From IMG/VR virus record IMGVR_UViG_2563366928_000002: a stretch of DNA of 28,151 nt; one strand, 5' to 3'. A program made the translations under genes and the position numbers. This DNA is from a virus. Its lineage: Duplodnaviria > Heunggongvirae > Uroviricota > Caudoviricetes. Under the pieces are notes generated by a model. That model worked only from the letters and a program-made list of their open reading frames with translations. It did not search any database and was not told the origin of the DNA. Shown here piece after piece: positions 1 through 12,396 of the stretch; position 1 is the stretch's first letter; each line of letters opens with the position of its first letter.

Positions 1-58
1 CACTGGAGCACCTCAAAAACACCATCATACACTAAATCAGTAAGTTGGCAGCATCACC
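1..58 (-). mobile_element. IS1 terminal segment (partial, element body lies left of window), inverted orientation
   Basis: Positions 41..58 are the reverse complement of the IS1 terminal inverted repeat GGTGATGCTGCCAACTTA; positions 1..58 are the exact reverse complement of 27994..28051 at the other end of the window. Confidence 0.85.
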
Positions 59-314
59 ATCACCTTGATATTTTTCTTCTTCAGATAAAAACTGTTATCT
101 ATGTATACTTTTAAACCCAATCCGTGTAGAGTCTCTGCATAAGATAGTTTGCAGTTGCCACTTCAGCTTGCGCCATAAACCGCCTGATTTTTGCCGCCAT
201 CTGTTAGCATTCCTGTATACCTGAAACGACAATGTTTATCTACGAACTTTAAGAACACCCAGGATAAAAATTGTCAACTATATCATATATAACACATTAC
301 TAATTCGAGGCTAT

Positions 315-428
315 ATGAACAGCATACTGATAATCACTTCGCTCCTTATCATATTCAGCATTTTTAGTCATGCTCTAATAAAATTAGGGATTGGCATATC
401 CAATAATCCAGACAAAACCGATGTATAA
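315..428 (+). CDS. hypothetical 37-aa hydrophobic peptide ([37 protein letters not shown])
   Basis: ATG preceded by GAGG 4 nt upstream; single predicted TM helix; below the 60-aa ORF-track cutoff, found by hand translation. Confidence 0.2.
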
Positions 429-496
429 GTCAACATATCCTGAATCAGACATACAATATCGCAATGAAAATCAATAATATTTTAAGGAATATATTC

Positions 497-730
497 ATGA
501 AATCAAAAGACACCCTAAAGTGGTTCCCTGCGCAGCTTCCTGAAGTCAGAATTATCCTAGGGGATGCTGTAGTGGAAGTAGCAAAACAGGGAAGACCTAT
601 CAATACCAGAACATTGCTTGATTACATTGAAGGAAACATAAAGAAAAAATCATGGCTGGATAACAAAGAATTATTACAAACAGCGATATCAGTTCTTAAA
701 GACAACCAAAATTTAAATGGTAAAATGTAA
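497..730 (+). CDS. ydfK: YdfK/YnaE-like small prophage protein (cold-shock-associated family); longer ORF from 464 is possible
   Basis: ORF track 464..730; internal ATG at 497 has AAGGA about 9 nt upstream; MKSKDTLKWFPAQLPEVRIILGDAVVEV recalled as YdfK/YnaE-like; same position (upstream of pin) as ynaE in Rac and ydfK in Qin. Confidence 0.55.
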   Translation: MKSKDTLKWFPAQLPEVRIILGDAVVEVAKQGRPINTRTLLDYIEGNIKKKSWLDNKELLQTAISVLKDNQNLNGKM

Positions 731-1046
731 TATAATAAACTTACTTTTTTATCATTTTTCCACTTTAACAACATTTTGCTCCACTTTTCCACGACCAAAC
801 AACTTGAAATCTGGTTAAAATAACACGCAACACTATTCTTCTTCCTTGAGTCCGCCCGGAACTCGAAAAACAAACCGAGTTAAAGCCATTTTTCACAAAA
901 TCGATTTTGGGTCTCACCAAAATTACGGGGTTGCATACGCATTCGTTTATTTTCGAACGTGTACATACAAACATGCACAAAAATAATCAAAATTATTTTC
1001 TGAGATGCATTATGATATGAACACCAATTTCGTATAGAGTCTCACT

Positions 1047-1637
1047 ATGTCTCGAATTTTTGCTTACTGTCGGATATCAACGCTGGATCAGACCACCGAA
1101 AATCAACGCCGGGAAATCGAAAGTGCAGGTTTTAAAATCAAACCTCAGCAAATAATCGAAGAACACATTAACGGCTCAGCAGCAACCAGTGAGCGTCCTG
1201 GTTTTAACCGGTTGCTTGCTCGCCTGAAATGTGGTGATCAATTGATTGTGACAAAACTGGATCGCCTTGGTTGTAATGCAATGGATATCAGGAAAACAGT
1301 GGAACAACTGACCGAAACAGGTATCAGAGTGCATTGCTTAGCATTGGGGGGCATTGACCTGACCAGTCCAACAGGAAAAATGATGATGCAAGTAATTTCA
1401 GCAGTCGCTGAATTTGAACGAGACCTTTTACTTGAACGCACTCATTCCGGGATAGTAAGAGCCCGGGGCGCAGGGAAACGTTTTGGTCGACCACCTGTGT
1501 TAAATGAAGAACAGAAACAGGTGGTATTCGAACGGATTAAGTCAGGTGTAAGTATAAGTGCCATTGCCCGGGAATTCAAAACCTCGCGGCAAACCATTTT
1601 AAGAGCCAAAGCAAAACTTCAGACACCTGACATATAA
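1047..1637 (+). CDS. pin: serine recombinase, Pin/Gin/Hin DNA-invertase family
   Basis: 196 aa; N-terminal catalytic region with CRISTLDQ (active-site Ser) and C-terminal HTH; convergent with the tail fiber operon as pinR/pinQ are in K-12 prophages. Confidence 0.9.
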   Translation: MSRIFAYCRISTLDQTTENQRREIESAGFKIKPQQIIEEHINGSAATSERPGFNRLLARLKCGDQLIVTKLDRLGCNAMDIRKTVEQLTETGIRVHCLALGGIDLTSPTGKMMMQVISAVAEFERDLLLERTHSGIVRARGAGKRFGRPPVLNEEQKQVVFERIKSGVSISAIAREFKTSRQTILRAKAKLQTPDI

Positions 1638-1864
1638 AAAATAATCTCGGTGTGAGATGCCTTACGTCTTCCAAGCCCCCTTCCTTGCCGTAAATGGAAA
1701 GATACATCTAATTATAGAATTTATATGTTTTACCCTACGGCAGTGCTGGCCATTCAATATCCTGTGCAGTTGACGTATCAACACGGTTCAGCAACACCCG
1801 ATACTTCTTCCAGGCTTCCCGCAACGAGGTTTCTTCCTCCGTTGCATATACAGCTCACCTTTTT

Positions 1865-2158
1865 TCACCCACGATTAACCAACAGCCAGACCAGCAGACA
1901 CGCCACCACCGGCACAGCAAAATCCATCAGGCTTGCCACATCCCACGCACGCGGATCAAAACCGCCCCACCACGGCATATTCATACGCTTGCCATGCCCG
2001 AACATTTCAATCCAGCGATATTCTGCCTGGGTATGTTCACGCGCAATGAAGAACGTACAACCAGCTATCGCCCCGTAAGCCCAGTTTCCGGTAAAAAGAC
2101 CAACCAGTACCTGCGCAGCCACAGCACAAAGTGCATGAAGGAAAGGTGTTATATCCAT
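1865..2158 (-). CDS. hypothetical small membrane protein (two predicted TM segments)
   Basis: 97 aa; AAGGAGG Shine-Dalgarno 4 nt before ATG; start 10 nt after the stop of the 234-aa gene; hydrophobic N- and C-terminal stretches. Confidence 0.5.
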   Translation of the reverse strand: MDITPFLHALCAVAAQVLVGLFTGNWAYGAIAGCTFFIAREHTQAEYRWIEMFGHGKRMNMPWWGGFDPRAWDVASLMDFAVPVVACLLVWLLVNRG

Positions 2159-2168
2159 TACGCCTCCT

Positions 2169-2873
2169 TTATCCGATATCGCTTCGGGAAACGGATAACA
2201 ACTTTAATTCTGACTCAAGTTCATCAACTCTTTCAGTCAGCTTCTGGATATGGTGAATCAGTGGAACAACCAGACGTTCGTACATTACACCTTCGGCAAC
2301 AAGGCCATTGCTGGAAATGGTTTCCGGTGCATCATCTTCGTTGGCTGGTCGCCAGTGAACAAACTGAGGGGCAATTTCTCCAACTTCCTCGGCAATCAAT
2401 CCATAGAATCCCCAGTCACGCCTGTCATTTTCGCATTGCGACCTGTACCACACAGGGCGCATCCTGAAAATGAGATCGGCGTGCTCTGAATCTATCGTCT
2501 CTACTGAATGTTTATAGCGGATAGACGATGTTGACCGCAGCACAGACGAAATTGCAGGGTCAGGATTAAGATAAAGATTTGCCGCCGCTGTAGTTGTGCC
2601 CAATCCCCATAAATAAAACGCTTCACGGCCAGTCAGCGGGTAAAAATCTCCGCCATAACGACCACTTTCCAGATCGTTCACTTCCACTTTGTTTTTCAGC
2701 TTATTATCAACTTCAGTTTTTGTGTATCTGGTGCTGATATCCTGCTTTGCACTGGCCATATCAGTCTGAAGCGTTGATACTTTTCCGTTAATAGAGGAAA
2801 TATCTTCCTTTGCTTTACTAACATCTCCCTTCAGCGTGGTGATGTCTCCCGGAATTACTGTTGATGTAGCCAT
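2169..2873 (-). CDS. tail-fiber-like protein with C-terminal intramolecular-chaperone (peptidase S74-like) domain
   Basis: 234 aa; GAGG 8 nt before ATG; N-terminal ~11-residue repeats (GDITTLKGDVS / KAKEDISSING / KVSTLQTDMAS); C-terminal FYGLIAEEVGEIAPQFV ... VMYERLVVPLIHHIQKLTERVDELESEL resembles the autochaperone domain of tail fibers and tailspikes. Confidence 0.5.
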   Translation of the reverse strand: MATSTVIPGDITTLKGDVSKAKEDISSINGKVSTLQTDMASAKQDISTRYTKTEVDNKLKNKVEVNDLESGRYGGDFYPLTGREAFYLWGLGTTTAAANLYLNPDPAISSVLRSTSSIRYKHSVETIDSEHADLIFRMRPVWYRSQCENDRRDWGFYGLIAEEVGEIAPQFVHWRPANEDDAPETISSNGLVAEGVMYERLVVPLIHHIQKLTERVDELESELKLLSVSRSDIG

Positions 2874-2882
2874 TTCTCTACC

Positions 2883-3164
2883 TCACATCCAGCCACGAAG
2901 TTGATGCTCAACAGCAACCGCGTATTCATCGAATAATGACGATATTTGCGTATCCTTAATAATGCGCACGTTTACAAAATATCCATCTTCCTTAACACAT
3001 ACCGGTTCGCCATCTTCAGTCAGCTCTCCGGTTTCTTTGTACACGTTACCTATCACATCAATCAGAATATCATCCTGCATCGACTCGTCATTATAATAGC
3101 CAATACTTCCCATAAAGGCCGAAAAGTCGGCCCTGTCGGCAAATTTGAGTGTTAAATCTTTCAT
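2883..3164 (-). CDS. hypothetical acidic 93-aa protein, translationally coupled to the tail fiber gene
   Basis: ATG overlaps the stf stop (TAATG); GGGGGAG SD upstream; no recognisable family; sits where tfa would be expected. Confidence 0.45.
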   Translation of the reverse strand: MKDLTLKFADRADFSAFMGSIGYYNDESMQDDILIDVIGNVYKETGELTEDGEPVCVKEDGYFVNVRIIKDTQISSLFDEYAVAVEHQLRGWM

Positions 3165-5386
3165 TAGATTGACTCCCCCATCTGAGCATCAGTCAATGCC
3201 TTGTGCCAAATACGCAGATTTCGAACGTGTCCAAATAGGTGACGGTTGCCGGATGATGATTGACCACCAATATTAATGAAGCCTCCTGTATATTTGTGTT
3301 TTTTATAAGGAGAAACTACCTTAGCACCAATATTACCGTTAACCACAACACACAATTCTCGACTTTCTGTGAATCTAAAGCCGATAATGCTTTTTCTCTC
3401 TGGTCGTTCTATAACGCTTTTATATTCTATTTTAGTGCCTTTACCATTTGTAATGATTGCGCGTGCTCCCAAAGATGTATACCCCAAATACATATAACTT
3501 TCATCTGCAATTTCAGTTGTATCTCCCGTAGTGGAAATATTAAGAATACGTGCGCTACCTTCTTTGTTTGGCGATTCATCCCAATTGGTATTAACTTCTG
3601 CTAATGAACTAATAGCGGGATTGCACCAATTTAGAGAAATGGGGACCGTTACAATATCGCTGGCGCGTGTTACAGGGGATGCGCCTGTTATAATAAACGA
3701 TGAAGCGCATGCCCCACCTTCAACTTGAGGGGTCGCAATATAAATATAATCATCCGCGCCAGTGCCCACTCCTTTTGCCGGGGCATACTGAACCATTCCA
3801 CCTATCATATTTTCTGTATCAAGTGCCTTAATTGTCGCCTCAAAAAAGATCCATTTGCTTGCTTCATCTTTAACAGCCCTTGCAGTAATGCGATTAGCGG
3901 CACCACCCGTCTTATCAATAGATAAATCTGTCGTATTTAAGTAAGCGTCACCTAAGAATGTGTAGGTAGAACCATCATAGTTTTCAAATCGTAATCGGCA
4001 TCTTAAATTTGGAGTGCCACTTTGCACCCTGCATGATATGGTTACATACTTTTCTCCGCCTGTTACATCAAAACCTTTACTGCCGGAAACGGTTACTATG
4101 TTAATCGCTGAAATTTGCCCTACCATTTCTGGTTTTAATGTAAATTTTGCGTACTGGAATCCGAAATCATCTACACCTGATGCACTTAAGATCATATTTG
4201 ACGACTTGTTCCATTTAGTCGGATTTGTTGAATTGATTAGCAGGTTAGTTCTTTGCCCCTCAATAAGCAGGCCATCACGTTTAAATCGTGGCTCGTCAAT
4301 GGCAGCCTCTGTCAGCACACCAGATTTATTAATGTAAGTTGCTTTCGATGCGCGTTTAAACTTTACAATCTTGTCGCCAGGCATTGTTATTTCATCGTCG
4401 CCAATAACAATTTTTTTATATGATGGCGAAAAGCCCGTAATCATATCCAGTGAATCATTAAACGGTATCCACACATCGGGCAACGGCTGCAAAACTTGTT
4501 TATACGGCTCCGCTGCCTGGCTTGCATACTCTCTGGCTGCGTCTTCACTTGCTTTAGCTGCTGTCTGGCTTGCTGCCGATGCTTGCGCCGAGTTCGCCGC
4601 CGCAGTCTCGCTCGCCTTTGCGTTGGTTTCACTGGTTTTTGCTGCTTTTTGACTGTTAGCTGATGCAGTGGCAGAAGCAGCCGCCGCGCTTGCAGAACTG
4701 GCTGCGGCACTCTCGCTTTGGGCCGCTGCATCCTGACTGCTTTTCGCCGCAGTTTCACTGGCTTTGGCATTCGTTTCGCTGGTCTTCGCTGCCGTCTGGC
4801 TGGACTTTGCGTTGGTTTCGCTTGTCGTTGCGGCTGTCTCGCTATTTTTCGCGTTGGTTTCTGATTTTTTAGCTGCTGTTGCGGAGTTTGCCGATGCAGT
4901 CTGCGAGGCCGCTGCCGCCTGTGCGCTGTTAGCTGCATTCGTTTCTGAGGTTTTCGCCGCGTTCTTCGATGATGCCGCTGCAGTTTCGGATTTCTTTGCC
5001 GCCGCTGCGCTCTGAGAGGCGGCTTCAGCGTTGCGTGCCGCTTCTTCCACCATTTCCTCAAAACGACGCAATGCCTCCGGCATGACATCATCTTCCGTCA
5101 TGGCACCGAGAAAATCATTCAGCGTACCTGGTCTGGAACCTTCATAGACGGTAATGGTTCCGGCATGTGAAGGCGGAAAACCTTCAACCAGCAGGGTGAC
5201 GCTGTACTGGCTATACTCAACATCCATGCTGTAACGCCCGGCTTCATCCGGATTTTCAGAGGCCACCGTGTTGACCAGTACCGTGGTGCTGTTACGCTTT
5301 GCCTTCAGTTGAATAGTGCAGTTCTGTATTGGTTTTCCCGCACCATCTTTCAGCACACCTGAGATTTTTACTGCTGCCATATCCAC
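3164..5386 (-). CDS. stf: side tail fiber protein (lambda Stf-like N-terminus, divergent receptor-binding C-terminus)
   Basis: 740 aa; N-terminus MAAVKISGVLKDGAGKPIQNCTIQLKAKRNSTTV closely matches recalled lambda Stf; Ala/Ser-rich SETNAK-type repeats; C-terminus NLRIWHKALTDAQM looks like a lectin/LamG-type fold rather than the lambda Stf C-terminus. Confidence 0.85.
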   Translation of the reverse strand: MDMAAVKISGVLKDGAGKPIQNCTIQLKAKRNSTTVLVNTVASENPDEAGRYSMDVEYSQYSVTLLVEGFPPSHAGTITVYEGSRPGTLNDFLGAMTEDDVMPEALRRFEEMVEEAARNAEAASQSAAAAKKSETAAASSKNAAKTSETNAANSAQAAAASQTASANSATAAKKSETNAKNSETAATTSETNAKSSQTAAKTSETNAKASETAAKSSQDAAAQSESAAASSASAAAASATASANSQKAAKTSETNAKASETAAANSAQASAASQTAAKASEDAAREYASQAAEPYKQVLQPLPDVWIPFNDSLDMITGFSPSYKKIVIGDDEITMPGDKIVKFKRASKATYINKSGVLTEAAIDEPRFKRDGLLIEGQRTNLLINSTNPTKWNKSSNMILSASGVDDFGFQYAKFTLKPEMVGQISAINIVTVSGSKGFDVTGGEKYVTISCRVQSGTPNLRCRLRFENYDGSTYTFLGDAYLNTTDLSIDKTGGAANRITARAVKDEASKWIFFEATIKALDTENMIGGMVQYAPAKGVGTGADDYIYIATPQVEGGACASSFIITGASPVTRASDIVTVPISLNWCNPAISSLAEVNTNWDESPNKEGSARILNISTTGDTTEIADESYMYLGYTSLGARAIITNGKGTKIEYKSVIERPERKSIIGFRFTESRELCVVVNGNIGAKVVSPYKKHKYTGGFINIGGQSSSGNRHLFGHVRNLRIWHKALTDAQMGESI
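4540..5040. repeat. tandem degenerate ~36-nt coding repeats inside stf (Ala/Ser/Thr-rich fiber shaft)
   Basis: Reiterated GCTGC/TTTCGC/GGTTTC motifs encoding K(T/S)SETNAK(A/S)SETAA units; also generates spurious antisense ORFs. Confidence 0.7.
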
Positions 5387-5391
5387 TCCAC

Positions 5392-5417
5392 AAAAAAGCC
5401 CGCCTGAACCGGCGGGC
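5392..5417 (-). terminator. rho-independent terminator downstream of lom
   Basis: GCCCGCC-TGAACC-GGCGGGC hairpin followed on the minus strand by TTTTTTGTGG. Confidence 0.6.
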
Positions 5418-5444
5418 TGTCATAACACTGTGTTACCTGGCTAA

Positions 5445-6044
5445 TCAGAATTTATAACCGACACCCACGATGAAACCGTCAGTGCGCCAGTCGCCACTGC
5501 CGGAACCTTCATAAGCAATATCAATGGCCACGGATTCGGTCGGGTTAAACTGCACGCCAGCCCCCCATGCCAGAGACGTGTCGCTGTGGCGACCGTCATC
5601 ACTTCCGGTCAGCACATCGTGCGTTTTCCCCTTGTTGTCAGTTACGCGGATATAATCTCCGGAGAAAGTCGAAACACGGCTGTAAGCCATACCCGCCATC
5701 GCATACGCGCTGAACCATTCATTCACGCGCACAGACGGCCCCACCATCACGCTGAACCAGCGGTTACGCACGGAATCTTCATGCCAGCGGGTATCGCTGT
5801 AACGGGTAAGCTGGCGATTCTTGTCTCCTGCATAGCTGAATGACGTCACCATCCCCAGTGTGTCCGTAAACTCATAACGGTATTTCACGTTAATCCCGTT
5901 CAGATCATCGCTGCCGGGAACGTTCGTCGAGGCATGAAGATACCCCGCGCTCAGCGTGGACTGATGTTCAGATGCCCATGCAGGCGCACCGGATACGGCC
6001 AGACAAATGGCTGCGGAAAAAATGGCGGCACAAACTTTACGCAT
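5445..6044 (-). CDS. lom: Lom/Ail/PagC-family outer membrane beta-barrel protein
   Basis: 199 aa with signal peptide, alternating beta-strand pattern and C-terminal GYKF; position between J and stf as in lambda. Confidence 0.8.
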
Positions 6045-6067
6045 AATTACCTCTCGCTTTTCTGCAA

Positions 6068-6092
6068 TAAAAAAGGCGCCATTTCTGGCGCC
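6068..6092 (-). terminator. rho-independent terminator downstream of J
   Basis: GGCGCC-ATTTCT-GGCGCC hairpin followed on the minus strand by TTTTTTATT. Confidence 0.6.
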
Positions 6093-6111
6093 CGTATATG
6101 GGTTATAAAAT

Positions 6112-6951
6112 TCAGCTGATACTGATGCCTGCGGTGGCTTTCTTCATCACCACAACCAGCAGATCGCTGATACTTGCTGTGGGATACCAGTCATTTACCA
6201 GCCATGCTGACACCGAAAACTCCAGCGTCATGTGACCGTGACCGGCAGGCATATCAATAACGCCACTGTAAATCAGCGTATTATCCAGCGCGGTACGGTT
6301 ATAAATTTCAGCACCGTTTTTCCGCACTATCAGACGGCATGAGGAGTAAATATCAGTATGCTCTCTCTCATGTTTAGCGCCGCTGAATGCCACCGCCGGA
6401 ATAACAATCTGCCGGTCAAACGGCTGATCGTCATAAACCCTGACGGTAATGGTCCCTGATGGCCACCGTTCCGGTGCACGGGAGTCCCGGGGGAAAGCTT
6501 TGCCCACTGTTTTAACGAGATCGCCTTCAATCTGGTTCGCGGACAGTTTTCCCAGAACCCGACAGTTCTCGTTAATCGTGACGTTGTTGAGCGTCCCGGA
6601 GTTCGCATTCACGTTACCACTGATATCCGCATTTTTAGCAGTCAGCTTTCCGTCCGGTGTCAGGGAAAATGCCGGTGGATTTCCACCACTGGTAATGGTG
6701 GGGGCCGTCAGGCGCTTCAGGAACACGTCGTTCATGAATATCTGGTTGCCCTGCGCCACAAACATCGGCGTTTCATTCCCGTTTGCCGGGTCAATAAACG
6801 CGATACGATTGGCGGCAACCAGAAACTGACTCAGTTTGCCTTCCTCTGTATCCTCCATGCTGAGGCCAATACCCGCGACATAATGTTTGCCGTCTTTGGT
6901 CTGCTCAATTTTGACAGCCCACATGGCATTCCATTTATCGTTGGCATCCTT
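6112..6951 (-). pseudogene. J: C-terminal remnant of tail tip/host specificity protein J, 5'-truncated by the IS3-family insertion
   Basis: [108 protein letters not shown] matches recalled lambda J C-terminus; the track ORF start (6963) lies inside the IS terminal repeat. Confidence 0.8.
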
Positions 6952-6959
6952 TGTAGTGG

Positions 6960-9862
<2,903 letters not shown>

Positions 9863-9881
<19 letters not shown>

Positions 9882-10285
9882 TTTCCCGCAGAAACAGGCT
9901 CTGCAGGCCCGGCGTCATCTGCCTGTTCAGGGGCATTATTCACCACAAACTCAGACATTCCGGACAGACGTAACACCACGTTTTCAGCCTGAGCAATTGC
10001 CTCCGTGGGCCAGGTGGTAAGCACTTCCTGCTCAATCTGCGTAATGGCTTCATTCATGGACGGCAGCTTTGTCTTCTGCGGATGGTTATGCCACAGAGAC
10101 ATCGCCACCAGAAACGCCCCGCCTCTGATAAGATCCTCTACAGACACCTGCAGGTTGCCGCTGGATTCAGCCTTTTTTTCCTGCTCTTTCAACCAGGCAA
10201 GATGCTCAATACGCTGCAGGGCTGACAGTTCAGAAAGCGTGACGGTCACGCCGTTATGTTCAAATGATTCTGTTTTCAGGAACAT
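9863..10285 (-). CDS. G: tail assembly chaperone G
   Basis: 140 aa; MFLKTESFEHNGVTVTLSELSALQRIEHLA... and C-terminus AGPAEPVSAGKCSTVS match recalled lambda gpG. Confidence 0.9.
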
Positions 10286-10300
10286 CGCTGACTCTCCGGA

Positions 10301-11041
10301 TTAACTGGCGGTGACGGTGATTTCTGCAACCGCAGCAAACTCACCATTACCGGATACAACCGGAATGTTGACCTTGCCTGCAGCAACGCCGTTCACGGTG
10401 ATGGTCATACCACTGACCGACACGGTGGCTTTTGTTTTATCCGCTGACACCGCACGGAAGCTCTTGTCGGTTGCGCCTTCCGGCTGGAAGGCCACGGTCA
10501 GCGTGGTGCTCTGCCCTTTCACTACGGAAGCACTGGCTGGCGTTACCGTCATGCCGGTGGCCGCTGTTACCGTGCTGCGATCTTCTGCCATCGACGGGCG
10601 TCCCACATTGGTGACCTTCACCGTGCGGGTGATCACTTCCTTCGCCGTCACCGCTTTACCGATACTGCTGACCCAGCCACGGAACACATCGACCGTGCCG
10701 TTCGGGAAGCGGATTTTATAGGCACGGGTATCACCTTCATTAAACCACGCCAGCAGCGCCTGCTGCCCCTGCTCTCCGGGCATCCACGCCAGCGTGAAGC
10801 TGGTATCTCCGGCTGATTTCTGCCCCTGCCCGGTCGCAGTCCAGTCCGCATCCTCATCATCGAGATAACTGTCGTCATAGGACTCAGCGGTCAGTTCGCC
10901 GGGCGTCAGGTCTTTAACTTTTGCCAGACGCGACCAGTCAACGTCTGAAAGCAGGTTCGCATAAGGGTCACCGTTCCCCTTATAAACCCACAGTGTGGTC
11001 CCGGCACCTTTCACCGGTATTGCTGGATTTGGTACAGGCAT
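10301..11041 (-). CDS. V: major tail tube protein V (with C-terminal Ig-like domain)
   Basis: Matches recalled lambda gpV from MPVPNP... (246 aa); the track ORF extends 10 codons upstream to 11071. Confidence 0.9.
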   Translation of the reverse strand: MPVPNPAIPVKGAGTTLWVYKGNGDPYANLLSDVDWSRLAKVKDLTPGELTAESYDDSYLDDEDADWTATGQGQKSAGDTSFTLAWMPGEQGQQALLAWFNEGDTRAYKIRFPNGTVDVFRGWVSSIGKAVTAKEVITRTVKVTNVGRPSMAEDRSTVTAATGMTVTPASASVVKGQSTTLTVAFQPEGATDKSFRAVSADKTKATVSVSGMTITVNGVAAGKVNIPVVSGNGEFAAVAEITVTAS

Positions 11042-11048
11042 ATCGTCC

Positions 11049-11444
11049 TCACATTTCATAGGTAATGACATAAGTCAGATCGGCTGAACTCCACAGGCCC
11101 GCATCATCGTCGCGCCGGTAGTCATAGCCACTGGCCACCATACTGGTGATCAAATCTGACAGTGCCGGGATATCGCTCATCACCGGATAAATCCGGGACT
11201 CCATCCACGAATCCAGCTCTGAATCCGGCACCTGAGCAGGCAGGAAAACTTCAATATGCAGCTCCGCCTGCCAGGTATCGCTGTCCAGCTCTTCGCCCGT
11301 GTATTCAGCGCCGGTGAGATAAACGGCAATTGCCGGAAAATCTTCCTCATCAAAAACAGCGGGGCGACCATCAAAAAGCGTCGCCCCGGTGTCATGCTTC
11401 TCCAGTGCATCCAGTACGGCTGCACGGAGTTCAGTATGTTTCAT
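11049..11444 (-). CDS. U: tail terminator protein U
   Basis: 131 aa, same length and position as lambda gpU. Confidence 0.85.
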   Translation of the reverse strand: MKHTELRAAVLDALEKHDTGATLFDGRPAVFDEEDFPAIAVYLTGAEYTGEELDSDTWQAELHIEVFLPAQVPDSELDSWMESRIYPVMSDIPALSDLITSMVASGYDYRRDDDAGLWSSADLTYVITYEM

Positions 11445-12020
11445 CGCTTTATTACCATTCTCAGTTGATGCTGCAGCGCATAGCCCAGCTCTTTCGGAAG
11501 ACGCTCACGCCGTATCCGTTCAATATTCTGTTTAAACGCCGTGGTCAGTGGCACCGCCATCGGGATTTTCACCACATCAATGGGGTAACGGTTTTTCCCG
11601 GCCACACGCTGCATGACATGCCACCGGCCATTTTTCAGTTGCTGAATAAACGCGCCGGGAATACGACGGTTTCCCACCACAAGCACGCTGCCGCCACCTT
11701 TCAGGGATGAACGCTGCCCCTTTTTACGACGCCTGCGTCGGGACAGGACAACCCGCGCATTACCCAGCTTGATTACGGGCAAATCCCCCCCGGTTAACCT
11801 TGATTCTGGCCTGCGGATTTTTAACCGTGGCCCTTTTCAGCCTGGCCCTTTCCTTTACCAGTTTCCGGCGTACCTTTGTCTCACGGGCAACCTGTGACGC
11901 AGACTGCGATATCGCGGATGAAGCAACGCGGTTAATGGCCATTGCGGCGGCACCAGGCACCGCCGTTTTGCTGATACGGCTGAGGTTTTCAACGGCCTGC
12001 TCAAGACCTTTTATGGCCAT
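11441..12020 (-). pseudogene. Z: tail completion protein Z, frameshifted (+1 base in a C7/G7 homopolymer at 11785..11791)
   Basis: Track ORFs 11760..12020 (86 aa, MAIKGLEQAVENL...) and 11441..11782 (113 aa) together cover lambda gpZ (192 aa); junction reads AACCGGGGGGGATTTGCC where lambda as recalled has six G. Confidence 0.75.
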
Positions 12021-12031
12021 ACATCCCCCTT

Positions 12032-12385
12032 TCAGCGGCGACGGTTAACGGCAGGCGGTACGCCCCGCCCAAGCCAGAGATGACAGCTTCCGCCATCATC
12101 CGGCGAAACACGATCTATCCAGAAGTTTTCCTCACCGATGGTCAGCGTGTCTCCACGCCGCAGCTGCCGCACATCATCAGTCCGGACAAACAGGGACGGG
12201 CTGGAGCCTTCAACGCGCACGCCCTGTCCGGCATAGCTGATATTTTCAGGGTCATCAAAAACACCACGTATCACAGCACCGGACTGCTCACCGGATGTCA
12301 TGGTGGCTGACGTTCCCATGTACCCGCGTATCGTTTCATCGGCGCAGGCAATGGCAGCATCGAACAGGTTATCGAAATCAGCCAC
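12032..12385 (-). CDS. FII: head-tail joining protein FII
   Basis: 117 aa, same length and position as lambda gpFII. Confidence 0.85.
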   Translation of the reverse strand: MADFDNLFDAAIACADETIRGYMGTSATMTSGEQSGAVIRGVFDDPENISYAGQGVRVEGSSPSLFVRTDDVRQLRRGDTLTIGEENFWIDRVSPDDGGSCHLWLGRGVPPAVNRRR

Positions 12386-12396
12386 AGCGCCTCCCG

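Noticed and set aside
1-58. Window ends initially looked like a prophage attachment-site duplication
   Set aside because: The repeat is inverted, not direct, and matches the IS1 terminus; it is IS-derived, not att
1725-2078. 117-aa plus-strand ORF between pin and the fiber operon
   Set aside because: Overlaps the better-supported minus-strand 97-aa membrane gene (strong SD, operon context) and has Pro/Ser/Thr/His-rich low-complexity sequence
4441-5091. 216-aa highly basic Arg/Lys/Gln-rich ORF on the minus strand, plus plus-strand ORFs 4371..4652, 4663..4872 and 4764..5015
   Set aside because: All lie inside the stf repeat region in other frames or antisense; low-complexity composition mirrors the Ala/Ser repeats of the fiber shaft, so they are frame artifacts
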